Shown here: in pieces, positions 19,436-27,673 of the stretch
How positions within the stretch are numbered: the first letter of the stretch is position 1
How the letters are laid out: every line of letters begins with the position of its first letter
DNA from: a virus
Direction: 5' to 3' (one strand)
Length of the DNA stretch: 62,857 nt
Virus record (IMG/VR): IMGVR_UViG_3300006052_000004
Location: 1-62,857 of that record
Notes under the pieces: generated by a model
Databases searched by the model: none
The model's input: only the letters and a program-made list of their open reading frames with translations
Told to the model about the DNA's origin: nothing
Position numbers and translations under genes: made by a program

Positions 19436-20163
19436 TGCCAATACAAGCGATGACCGGTATGTCTGGATTGGCCGCATGTGGATCGGTGGCTGCGGCGACA
19501 TATGACTCGATCATACTTGCCGAGTCGTCGCTTGTACACTACTATCCACTCAATGAGACGAGTGGATCGGTTATCCATGATAGTGTGTCAAGTGGTGGTG
19601 TGAACTCGAGTACACAGTCAGGTCTGACACTTAACCAGACTTCACGTATGCCAACATGTACCGATCCATGTATATTGTTTGGTTCATCTGGTGCGATAAC
19701 AATACCTGCGATCTTGTTGGCCTCTGGTAGTGACTGGTCTGTCGAGTGGTGGGGTTTCTTGCCAACAGCTGCATTTAATACTAACTTCGGTTGTCCATTG
19801 TGGATCGGTGGTAGTTCAACTGCCGGATGGGGTCCACAATGTGACTCTACTACACTTGACATCAATCAGACACTTGACTCACGTGTCGTCGGTCCGACTG
19901 CTGGTGCCGCCAAAAACGGAAATGCACATGTAGTCATCACGAAGTCAGGTACAACCATGATCTTTTATATCAATGGTACTGGTACTACCAAGACCGTTGG
20001 TACAATGGATGCACCTGGGTCAGGAAGTACATACATCGGCAATCTTAATGGTGGTGGTGGTGGCTCGAATTACGTTGGTCCTGGTGCATATTTGCAAAAG
20101 GTGGCATTCTACAATGCTGCTCTGAGTTCGACCAGAGTTAGTGCACATTATGCAGCAGGATAG
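19435..20163 (+). CDS. LamG/concanavalin-like domain protein (putative receptor-binding accessory)
   Basis: HYYPLNETSGSVIHDSVSSGG near the N-terminus and the ending FYNAALSSTRVSAHY match the Laminin_G_3 style pattern. Confidence 0.6.
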   Translation: MPIQAMTGMSGLAACGSVAAATYDSIILAESSLVHYYPLNETSGSVIHDSVSSGGVNSSTQSGLTLNQTSRMPTCTDPCILFGSSGAITIPAILLASGSDWSVEWWGFLPTAAFNTNFGCPLWIGGSSTAGWGPQCDSTTLDINQTLDSRVVGPTAGAAKNGNAHVVITKSGTTMIFYINGTGTTKTVGTMDAPGSGSTYIGNLNGGGGGSNYVGPGAYLQKVAFYNAALSSTRVSAHYAAG

Positions 20164-20250
20164 AGAGGTCAGTGTACTGACCCGATAATTCCATCACAAA
20201 GCGGGAAGAAATACTTGGCGCATGAACCCCGCAGCGTCTGAAGGACAACT

Positions 20251-20760
20251 ATGGAAAAGGTGAGAAGAGAAATCAAGGTATTGCTTGTCTTATCTTCAAC
20301 GATAGATAAGTTCACAAGATATGTACTGGCACTCTGTCGAGCTGCGACATCATTCGAGATATTCATATCGTTTTATGCGGTAGGATGGGCTGTCCAACTT
20401 ATCTATGTGCATAATCCGATCGAACCTATCTCAAAATCACTCTGGCTTGCAACACGTGGAAATATACCTATCATGGTACATGGCATACTTCTTTTATGTA
20501 CAGCTATCATGCAGGTAATTGCCATCTATATATGCAATGCCAAACTCAAAGTCATTACCATGTTTATGGAGATGATGTTCTTCATATTCGCATGGTACTC
20601 TGTCATCTTTACAGGCCTCTCTGTCCCAGCCGTAACTGTGTTACCAGTCGTGATTGCGTTTTGTATAGGTAACTTAATATATAACGCAATAGTGGAGGGC
20701 AAATGGGACTCAATACAGGTGAAATCATCGGATTTCTCACGATGGCCTCCGGAGCAATAA
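20251..20760 (+). CDS. Multi-pass membrane protein (unknown; moron or holin-class candidate)
   Basis: 169 aa with about 4 hydrophobic segments. The stretch is visibly AT-richer than its neighbours. Confidence 0.55.
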   Translation: MEKVRREIKVLLVLSSTIDKFTRYVLALCRAATSFEIFISFYAVGWAVQLIYVHNPIEPISKSLWLATRGNIPIMVHGILLLCTAIMQVIAIYICNAKLKVITMFMEMMFFIFAWYSVIFTGLSVPAVTVLPVVIAFCIGNLIYNAIVEGKWDSIQVKSSDFSRWPPEQ

Positions 20761-21062
20761 TTGCTCTAGTTACAGCCTATGTCAATCGACGTTCTTCAGT
20801 AGATACACGTATGAATTCGATTGACAAACTGATTGCAGACCGACTCATATTTGTCGAGAGTAACTTCGCTAAAGAGATCGAAGTTAAAGATGTAATCATT
20901 CGTAATCTGAATGACCAACTCGAAAAAGAACGTCGTATGCATGCAGAAGAAATAGACATATTGCGGCAAGAACGACTGGGGCATATTGGCCGCATAGCCG
21001 AGCTGGAGGGCAGACGCCAGCAAATACAACAGACCGGTGACATCAATCCCGGTGCTTTTTAG
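20703..21062 (+). CDS. N-terminally anchored coiled-coil protein (i-spanin-like topology)
   Basis: TM segment IIGFLTMASGAIIALVTAYV followed by a charged coiled coil (LNDQLEKERRMHAEEIDILRQE). Confidence 0.5.
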   Translation: MGLNTGEIIGFLTMASGAIIALVTAYVNRRSSVDTRMNSIDKLIADRLIFVESNFAKEIEVKDVIIRNLNDQLEKERRMHAEEIDILRQERLGHIGRIAELEGRRQQIQQTGDINPGAF

Positions 21063-21072
21063 GAGGCAGACA

Positions 21073-21402
21073 ATGAGCGACACCACAGTACAGACAGACC
21101 CGACTGATGGGACGACAACCACAACCACACAGACAGATTTAATCCCGTCGATCAACATCTCCGATCCGACACCACCACCGACGACGAAAGATGTCTATTT
21201 CCTGTTCTCGCTGGACATTAAATTCCGTGCGGCCTTCATCGACATCACGAAGATCCATGTGAAGAAGTACATCAAACTTCCGGCAGCGATACAATTCATC
21301 GCACCATACACACCGAATGTCAACACACTCAAGAGCCTGTACAACGATCACGGTGTGACCATACAGTACGAGCTCGTCGATGAGGCTATTGCCACATCAT
21401 GA
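21073..21402 (+). CDS. Hypothetical protein (Thr/Pro-rich N-terminus)
   Basis: ATG at 21073 is preceded by AGGAGG. 109 aa. Confidence 0.6.
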   Translation: MSDTTVQTDPTDGTTTTTTQTDLIPSINISDPTPPPTTKDVYFLFSLDIKFRAAFIDITKIHVKKYIKLPAAIQFIAPYTPNVNTLKSLYNDHGVTIQYELVDEAIATS

Positions 21403-21677
21403 AAAATACAGTATGGGGCGCACAAGACATCATTAACCTAGTGATTTCACTTGGCCTCATACTCGTTGCACTTGTCCATGCCATTGCCGGGATTGTCATA
21501 TTTATGACAACCCGGCAGGTCATGGATAGCACGATTATGGTTGCTATCATCGGTGGACTCACAGGTTTTCTCGGTGGGCGTATTGTACACAATATACTCG
21601 CACCGAGTCAGATACCTGGTACAGTGACAACCAGTGCGACAGTATCTACAGCTACGACGCCTGTCGAAGGAGGCTGA
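21399..21677 (+). CDS. Holin candidate
   Basis: 92 aa with two hydrophobic helices, immediately upstream of the endolysin (stop TGA 21675-77, endolysin ATG 21679). Confidence 0.5.
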   Translation: MKNTVWGAQDIINLVISLGLILVALVHAIAGIVIFMTTRQVMDSTIMVAIIGGLTGFLGGRIVHNILAPSQIPGTVTTSATVSTATTPVEGG

Positions 21678-21678
21678 G

Positions 21679-22314
21679 ATGGCGTTTGATGTATCTGACA
21701 ATAATGGCACGATAGATTGGGAGGCAGCAAGGGCGGCTGGCCATGATGTCGTGTTCATCAAGCTGAGTGAAGGTGCGACATTCACAGACCCGTTCGGTGA
21801 GGCAAACTGGTACGGTGCCGGTAGGGCCGGATTCCGGCGGGCGCCATATCACTTCCATCGAGCTGGTAAAGGTTGTGATGCACAGGCCAATCACTTCCTT
21901 GCCATCCTGCATGAACTCGGTGGTCTTGAAGATACAGACCTGCCGCCTGTACTGGACTTCGAGGACAGAGATGGTATCGCCAGGATCGGTTCGGATGTGG
22001 CAGTTACCGAGGCCTGTGGGATACTCGAATTAATGCGGACAGGTCGTAAGCGTTCGCCAATGATCTACATAGACCGTGACCTCGCCAATCCTGAGACCAC
22101 ACCGACAGTACATCGCTTCGGTGTATACCATCTCTGGCTCGCCTGTTATGCCGTACAGATTGAATTACCATCGGCCTGGAGTGATTGGGCGTGGTGGCAG
22201 TACAGTGAAACTGGAACTGTACCGGGAGTCGGAAGCGGAACCGTCGACCTCGACAGATTCCGCTTCGATGCAGACCAACTTGAGGAATGGGTGAAAGGCA
22301 CCATCCTGGTCTAG
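21679..22314 (+). CDS. Endolysin, glycoside hydrolase family 25 muramidase
   Basis: MAFDVSDNNGTIDWEAARAAGHDVVFIKLSEGATFTD matches the GH25 N-terminal signature. A GGAGG RBS is present. Confidence 0.8.
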   Translation: MAFDVSDNNGTIDWEAARAAGHDVVFIKLSEGATFTDPFGEANWYGAGRAGFRRAPYHFHRAGKGCDAQANHFLAILHELGGLEDTDLPPVLDFEDRDGIARIGSDVAVTEACGILELMRTGRKRSPMIYIDRDLANPETTPTVHRFGVYHLWLACYAVQIELPSAWSDWAWWQYSETGTVPGVGSGTVDLDRFRFDADQLEEWVKGTILV

Positions 22315-22386
22315 ACCAACTTAACCAGATTGATCGGTGGACTCTCGAATGGTTCTCGGTATAGGATAACCGGGGTGGTCATTATT

Positions 22387-22860
22387 CTACGGAAGAACCG
22401 GCCGGGCCCTGTCAAGGAAGTCATTCCATCCGAGCCATAGTTGGCCACCATGACCGTCTGTTTCACGTGTCAATCTCATGTATGGTGTAGGTCGATCAGT
22501 CTGTTTGTCAAGGTATCGTATCCAGAATAGGCGCATTTCACGTCGTGTCTCATCATATTCGGCGGCAAGCGCCAAAGCGTGTGCCTCCGCGTATAGGTCT
22601 AGCCACCTTATCTGATGGGACGCGTAGAGGGGCCACACAGGCGAGTCGGCGTACTGTGGGGCCCTTCTATCAAATGATTTGACCTCCAGACATACACCTA
22701 GACCATTCGGCGCCACGCCGGTTATATCGCATGGCTTCTTACCCACCGATCCGTCGGCTATCCTCCATAGGCGCCAACCCTCAGAGTTGGCGCCTTTCCA
22801 TAGTGGTGCATACTGGTCAGACTCTCGCATCCTCTCCCTCCTTGTATACCCATTCAACAA
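22387..22860 (-). CDS. Putative PD-(D/E)xK nuclease (resolvase-like)
   Basis: D...(G)...LEVK arrangement (CDITGVAPNGLGVCLEVKSFD). Last gene of the leftward region. Confidence 0.4.
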   Translation of the reverse strand: MLNGYTRRERMRESDQYAPLWKGANSEGWRLWRIADGSVGKKPCDITGVAPNGLGVCLEVKSFDRRAPQYADSPVWPLYASHQIRWLDLYAEAHALALAAEYDETRREMRLFWIRYLDKQTDRPTPYMRLTRETDGHGGQLWLGWNDFLDRARPVLP

Positions 22861-23038
22861 GCTCGAAGTGATTAGGTATCTTCATCACTTGTGGGGCAAT
22901 GATACAGAAGACCACATTCGTACCGTTGTATATAATACCGACCCGGTGATACTTTGACGAGTCAAGTATATCACGTGCCTTGTCTCTCGCTTCTTGGATC
23001 GTGCGGATGAGTGTGGAACTTGAGCTAGGCTTTCGCAT
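22817..23038 (-). CDS. Hypothetical small protein
   Basis: 73-aa ORF linking the hydroxymethylase homolog and the nuclease genes, with short overlaps on both sides. Confidence 0.4.
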   Translation of the reverse strand: MRKPSSSSTLIRTIQEARDKARDILDSSKYHRVGIIYNGTNVVFCIIAPQVMKIPNHFELVEWVYKEGEDARV

Positions 23039-23987
23039 CTGGCCAGTTCCATCGTAAGATGTCGCACCATTGTTTTACCCAATCACTTCCCTCATGATCG
23101 GATTGAAACTTGTATGCCTTCCGCTCCTTCACCACGAAGTGATCGTGCATATCAAGTAAGAGTTTATGTGCAAGTGCCTGCGTGAACCTGATGTCATCAC
23201 CGGCGAATGATGTTGGCATCCTCGGCGGGTTTGGTAGATATGCCTCATGGTCAGGGTTGTTGATGTTCGGTGGTCCCTCACCATTGTTCCCATTCAGGTA
23301 GTAGTGCATAGATACTGCCACATGCCAATAGCTTCCGATACGTATATCGAGTGCATTGGCCATGGCAATCTGTATGGCGCACATCGCGGCAATATCGTAT
23401 GGAACGCCCCAGTTCAGGTCGTTGCTCCTGATGTTGACCATCGCCGACAGCACGTATATCTGTTGGGCATCACCACCATCTGTACTGAGGATGTTACGCT
23501 TTTCGGTGAAGAATTGCATACCAACCATGCACGGACTCTCTTGGTATGAGTGTTCGGTATGGCGTTCCCATATTGGGATAAAGGCCTGCCGGCGGTCCGG
23601 GTTCTGCTTGAGTGTGTCGAATGCACGTGGCAGGCCGTACCTGAAGCCATCGCCATACTTCACCATGCCGAATAACTCACCCGAGTTATGGTCCGTGAAA
23701 TTCCTGTAGTTGCTATTGAGCTTGGTCAACAGTTCGGCATACTCACGACCCATGTATGTACCCCAGCCGGCTATGTACCCAAGTGTCTCTGCCACCCAGA
23801 AACGATAGTTCATTCGGCGTGGTATACCGGTGAACAGACTAAGTTCGGGCCGTGTGATCTTCATCATGAACGGCCGTACTTCCATACAATCGGCACCACG
23901 ATGTGTGAACACCGTCCCTGTCTGCCTGACGTGCTGGTACATGCCCCAGTATGCCCTGTTCATCGTTGGGAATACAAGCGTTGTCAT
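23025..23987 (-). CDS. Thymidylate synthase / deoxypyrimidine hydroxymethylase family enzyme, predicted dCMP-specific (T4 gp42-like)
   Basis: QNPDRRQAFIPIW, catalytic Cys in ESPCMVGMQFF, and IRSNDLNWGVPYDIAA, where Asp replaces the ThyA Asn (LGLPFNIAS). ATG at 23987 overlaps the deaminase stop (ATGA). The longer track ORF to 24464 is out-of-frame read-through. Confidence 0.7.
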   Translation of the reverse strand: MTTLVFPTMNRAYWGMYQHVRQTGTVFTHRGADCMEVRPFMMKITRPELSLFTGIPRRMNYRFWVAETLGYIAGWGTYMGREYAELLTKLNSNYRNFTDHNSGELFGMVKYGDGFRYGLPRAFDTLKQNPDRRQAFIPIWERHTEHSYQESPCMVGMQFFTEKRNILSTDGGDAQQIYVLSAMVNIRSNDLNWGVPYDIAAMCAIQIAMANALDIRIGSYWHVAVSMHYYLNGNNGEGPPNINNPDHEAYLPNPPRMPTSFAGDDIRFTQALAHKLLLDMHDHFVVKERKAYKFQSDHEGSDWVKQWCDILRWNWPDAKA

Positions 23988-24493
23988 TCTGGTGATATGC
24001 TCCTTCTCTCCCCGTTCCAGTATGAGCATGCCGCGATCATCGACAACTCGACGTTGCTCTGGCTGTACTCGACAGTTTGTATCATGCACTCGTCTCGCAC
24101 TATGTTGAACTTCAGCTCGTCCATATACTTCCATGGTACGCCGTCCCACAGCCAGACCACCCTGTGTATCCCGGCGTTGGCTACCTGCGCAAGACATGTG
24201 TGGCACGGCTTGAGCGTCACATAGCACGTGCCGCCGATAAGCGAGAATGGCGCCTTCACTATAGCGTTCAGCTCGGCATGCTGCACTATCGCGTTCTTGA
24301 GGTCCTTGTCGGCCCAGTTCTCTGGCGTGTCTGGGAAGCCCGTCGGAAAGCCGTTGTACCCCATAGACACAAGCCTGTTGGTGCTGTCGACGGCCGCCGC
24401 GCCCACCTTTCGCTCTGGGTCCTTGCTCATCGTCATGGCGAATGCAAGCGCGGCCCTGAGCCATGCGCGATCTATTCTCTCCTGCCTATCCAC
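23984..24493 (-). CDS. dCMP deaminase
   Basis: Zinc motifs HAELNAI and PCHTCLAQV. About 169 aa, the usual size. Confidence 0.85.
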   Translation of the reverse strand: MDRQERIDRAWLRAALAFAMTMSKDPERKVGAAAVDSTNRLVSMGYNGFPTGFPDTPENWADKDLKNAIVQHAELNAIVKAPFSLIGGTCYVTLKPCHTCLAQVANAGIHRVVWLWDGVPWKYMDELKFNIVRDECMIQTVEYSQSNVELSMIAACSYWNGERRSISPE

Positions 24494-24842
24494 TCATCGC
24501 CTCCTCTAATGCCATCTCGATCTCGACAACCTTACCGGCATATTCGTCGATACCTTCATCATCACCTGCGACACACCGTTTGAGTAGTACCGCATTGTAG
24601 ACCTGCAGGTCCATCCGTAGTCTTGCTACTGTCGGTGTGACAATTTCTACCTCACCATTCTGTAGTTGTTCGATTGTGACTTCTTTAAGGTCACACTCGT
24701 TTCTGACTATGCTACCCAGCTCGGGGACGTCAATGACAAACATCCGGCTCTTGAAGCGTCCCTCTACATTTTGTACGACTGCACCAAGGCAGTTCTCATA
24801 CGCATCACGCGGTTTGATTACCACGAGGTCCCCGACTTGCAT
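24486..24842 (-). CDS. Hypothetical protein
   Basis: 118-aa ORF tightly packed inside the nucleotide-metabolism cluster. Confidence 0.6.
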   Translation of the reverse strand: MQVGDLVVIKPRDAYENCLGAVVQNVEGRFKSRMFVIDVPELGSIVRNECDLKEVTIEQLQNGEVEIVTPTVARLRMDLQVYNAVLLKRCVAGDDEGIDEYAGKVVEIEMALEEAMSG

Positions 24843-24843
24843 G

Positions 24844-25338
24844 TCAGTCCTCCTTCATGATAGTGACGATGTCCGTACATAGATCACTCGTTGACACCGA
24901 TGATTGGTTTGATTTACGGACCATCTCATACTCGTTCGACAGATGATCTGCGAGAATGATCGCCTTTGCAGTTAAGTTCTGCTCGGGAGATAATGGCGAA
25001 CCATGCCGATGCTGATGTCTGCCACTATCATATTGGTCCACCGTCGCCGACAATCGCCATAGGGCATGATGCAGATGTTCGACCGGGTCACCGTCCTCTT
25101 CAGACGTGTCTCCGGCCAGGAAGGCGAGTATGTGCATCATCGAGTGGTTGAGATGACTCTCTGGCCCGATCGCCTGCCATGTATTCGCTCCATATTTTGC
25201 TGCGCCACGGCCTGCGATCGTTGCCATAGCCTGCATTGCGAATGGGTGGAGTAGATCGTATCTTGCATCTACATGGCTCTGCGGTGGTCCATCAGTTGTG
25301 AGAGGTGTGTCCTTGCCTGCTCCTCTTATTTTGCTCAT
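24844..25338 (-). CDS. dATP/dGTP diphosphohydrolase-like N-terminal domain protein (DUF5664-like)
   Basis: ARYDLLHPFAMQAMATIAGRGAAKYGANTWQ...HILAFLAGDTSEEDGDPVEHLHHALWRL resembles that domain family, recognised from memory. Confidence 0.5.
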   Translation of the reverse strand: MSKIRGAGKDTPLTTDGPPQSHVDARYDLLHPFAMQAMATIAGRGAAKYGANTWQAIGPESHLNHSMMHILAFLAGDTSEEDGDPVEHLHHALWRLSATVDQYDSGRHQHRHGSPLSPEQNLTAKAIILADHLSNEYEMVRKSNQSSVSTSDLCTDIVTIMKED

Positions 25339-25570
25339 TCTTCTGTCTCTCCTGTTTCTTGTATAATGCCTCTGTCAACTCCCAGTCGACATCGGTATCA
25401 ACCTGCAGCAATCCATTGCCTTCGATCTTGAACCACATATTGTGGTCCATGCCGACCGTCCCTATTACATTACGCAGGTGACCGTTGTCATCGATCACCT
25501 GCCTACCGATGAATAGGACGGCCTCGCTCTCTTTGAGACGTGCCGACTTCTCCACTAGTCTCCCTCCCAT
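25292..25570 (-). CDS. Hypothetical protein
   Basis: 92-aa ORF. Its 3' end overlaps the next gene by 47 nt. Confidence 0.45.
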   Translation of the reverse strand: MGGRLVEKSARLKESEAVLFIGRQVIDDNGHLRNVIGTVGMDHNMWFKIEGNGLLQVDTDVDWELTEALYKKQERQKNEQNKRSRQGHTSHN

Positions 25571-26223
25571 CCGTCATCGAGAAGTGCCTGCCGTATCTCC
25601 TCTTGTGGTGGTACCCATCCCTCTGGCTTGAGCACCTTACCTTTGTCATCCTTACGGTGGCCTGTCTTCATCATGTTGTACTTGTGCACGATGTTAAAGT
25701 ATTTCGTGGCATCGAGACCGAATGCCTCGAATGCACCGATGGTCACGTACATCAGGTCACAGAGTCCATCTACCGCCTCAACGAGGTCGCCCGCATCGAT
25801 CGCGTCGGCCGCCTCGTTAGCCTCTTCGCGAATGAGTTTCTCACGGAGGATACTGTCACGTATCATCGGCGGGTCGCCGAGCTCGCCGAGTACTTTATGG
25901 TTACCGCGCACCTGGTCTGTTTTTGTCATGAAGTCACGGACCTGTGTCTGCATCGGGTTCTCACCGAGGGCCATCAATGGTGGTATGAATTCTGTCTGCA
26001 CTGTGCCTCCTTTAGGTATCACCGGTAGGGATGCCTGTATGATATGTTGTACTGTCCTACAATTGATGAACTCTTGCTTTGTGATGATCGGTTCGACTTC
26101 GTGGCCACAACCAGGACAGGCCTGATGTGTACATCGTTCTGCCACGAGTTTGGTTATCGGTACCCGTATCTTTATGCTGGAAAATTCATCGGATCCGGTG
26201 CCACCGGTTCTTTCGTCTGACAT
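25555..26223 (-). CDS. MazG-like all-alpha nucleoside triphosphate pyrophosphohydrolase with N-terminal Cys-rich segment
   Basis: EEANEAADAIDAGDLVEAVDGLCDLMYVTIGA...HKYNMMK is a MazG-type signature. ATG at 26223 is preceded by GGAGG, but the start is uncertain. Confidence 0.65.
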   Translation of the reverse strand: MSDERTGGTGSDEFSSIKIRVPITKLVAERCTHQACPGCGHEVEPIITKQEFINCRTVQHIIQASLPVIPKGGTVQTEFIPPLMALGENPMQTQVRDFMTKTDQVRGNHKVLGELGDPPMIRDSILREKLIREEANEAADAIDAGDLVEAVDGLCDLMYVTIGAFEAFGLDATKYFNIVHKYNMMKTGHRKDDKGKVLKPEGWVPPQEEIRQALLDDGWEGD

Positions 26224-26438
26224 TCTGTGTGTTCCTCCACGGTCTCCTGCTCCTGTTTGAAGACATCTTCCACTTTGTGGTTGCCAGGCATAGGTGTGAA
26301 TATGTGTACTTCTGACACATCGGGATTGTCTGCGAAGATACACCGTACACCTCGCAGTTGTTCTGGCCATTCGGCATAGTATACGCCGATGTGACCGTAT
26401 GAACTATCATTCACACCTTGCATGTGTGTGACCTTCAC
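26172..26438 (-). CDS. Hypothetical protein
   Basis: 88-aa ORF. It overlaps the predicted MazG start by 52 nt, so one of the two starts is probably wrong. Confidence 0.4.
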   Translation of the reverse strand: MKVTHMQGVNDSSYGHIGVYYAEWPEQLRGVRCIFADNPDVSEVHIFTPMPGNHKVEDVFKQEQETVEEHTECQTKEPVAPDPMNFPA

Positions 26439-27673
26439 TTGTCTATTCCCTTCCTCTTAGGTGTTGAGACTATCGTTGCGTTCTTCGATGGTACCTTTTG
26501 CATAGCATTCGCGAATGGTTGCTTAAGAGAAGGTATCTGTTTGGCAATTGCGTCAAGGCCGGTGACCCTTACGCCGAATGCCATCGGCAGTATCTCGTTG
26601 AGTGTGGCGATCGCATTCGGGTCTGTCTCGACCTGTGCATTCGCCCAGCCATTCATCGCACCCCACACGGTGCGGAAGTCTGCCTCTCTTTGTTCTTTGA
26701 ACTCAAGGGAGTAGACATTGTCGCCAGACACCAGTCGCCCTCCTGCCTCCTTTATCTCAAGTTTGAGTTTCGCTTCAAGCAGTTCTTTCTCTGCTTCAAC
26801 GACCTTGAGTATCGCCTTCATCTGCTCGAGTTTTGATGCCGTGGTGGCCGTGGTCAGCCTGGCTTGCAGGCTTGACACAAGCCCGTTGGTTGCCTCGGTG
26901 TACAATGGGCAACTGAATTTGATTGGGCATCTGCCACAGTATTGATTAATATGGCGAGGCCATATATTTGTAAACGAATGCTTCAGTATCTTGGTCCATA
27001 TATTCTCGATATGCTCTACTAATGGTTCATCATCGTCGGCGGATGTCTCCCATTCTACATATGAGCCGAGGTTTGGATACCCGATACGGAACTTGTACAC
27101 GCTGTAACCTGGCCATTCCTTACGGGCCATCCAGGCATATAACAGTTGCTGCAACTGTATCCGCCAGAACTCCACACCGTCGAACTTGCGGTTCGTCTTG
27201 TGGTCGAGGATCAGTAAGCCATTGCCGGGTATCTCTGTGACAAAGTCCATCTGTCCGCTGATCGGGGGCATACCATTCACGATCGGATAGAACAATCTCT
27301 CTTCTATGGCGATAGGATTGATAGCTTGTATATCTGCGACTGAGGCCATGTAGTCATGCACTGCCTGGTGTTCATGTTCAGGCACGATCTCCCAATTCGT
27401 CAGCATGTTACCTGCCTCGGTGCCGGCATGTAACTGCATCAGGAAGTCCTCAAGTATCGCATGGACCGCGGTCCCGATCGCGGCCGCGCCTGTCCTATGC
27501 TCCTCCTCCGGCTCGCCGGGTGTCAGGTACTTGACAGCCCACGAGTATGGGCATTCCTCGAATGCCTTGAGTGATGTGACCCTGATGTAGTTCATCTGTC
27601 GCGGGTCTATCAGCCCGGGCAGATAGTCCGGATCTAACTCAACACTGTTCACTATCTGTGCTTGTTCGATCAC
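26435..27673 (-). CDS. PD-(D/E)xK exonuclease, Cas4/RecB-like, with C-terminal extension
   Basis: LLILDHKTNRK core motif and Cys cluster YCGRCPIKFSCPLY, a Cas4-type Fe-S signature. Confidence 0.7.
   Translation of the reverse strand: MIEQAQIVNSVELDPDYLPGLIDPRQMNYIRVTSLKAFEECPYSWAVKYLTPGEPEEEHRTGAAAIGTAVHAILEDFLMQLHAGTEAGNMLTNWEIVPEHEHQAVHDYMASVADIQAINPIAIEERLFYPIVNGMPPISGQMDFVTEIPGNGLLILDHKTNRKFDGVEFWRIQLQQLLYAWMARKEWPGYSVYKFRIGYPNLGSYVEWETSADDDEPLVEHIENIWTKILKHSFTNIWPRHINQYCGRCPIKFSCPLYTEATNGLVSSLQARLTTATTASKLEQMKAILKVVEAEKELLEAKLKLEIKEAGGRLVSGDNVYSLEFKEQREADFRTVWGAMNGWANAQVETDPNAIATLNEILPMAFGVRVTGLDAIAKQIPSLKQPFANAMQKVPSKNATIVSTPKRKGIDK

Noticed and set aside
23025-24464. Track ORF of 479 aa taken as one long thymidylate-synthase-like gene
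   Set aside because: Its first 159 codons lie out of frame inside the dCMP deaminase gene and translate to Arg/Gly-rich nonsense. A Met at 23987 forms an ATGA overlap with the deaminase stop, and the family similarity begins there.
25555-26370. 271-aa version of the MazG-like ORF
   Set aside because: The N-terminal 49 residues are Arg/Cys/Thr-rich with no RBS. An ATG at 26223 follows GGAGG. Even that start overlaps the 88-aa upstream ORF, so the start remains uncertain.
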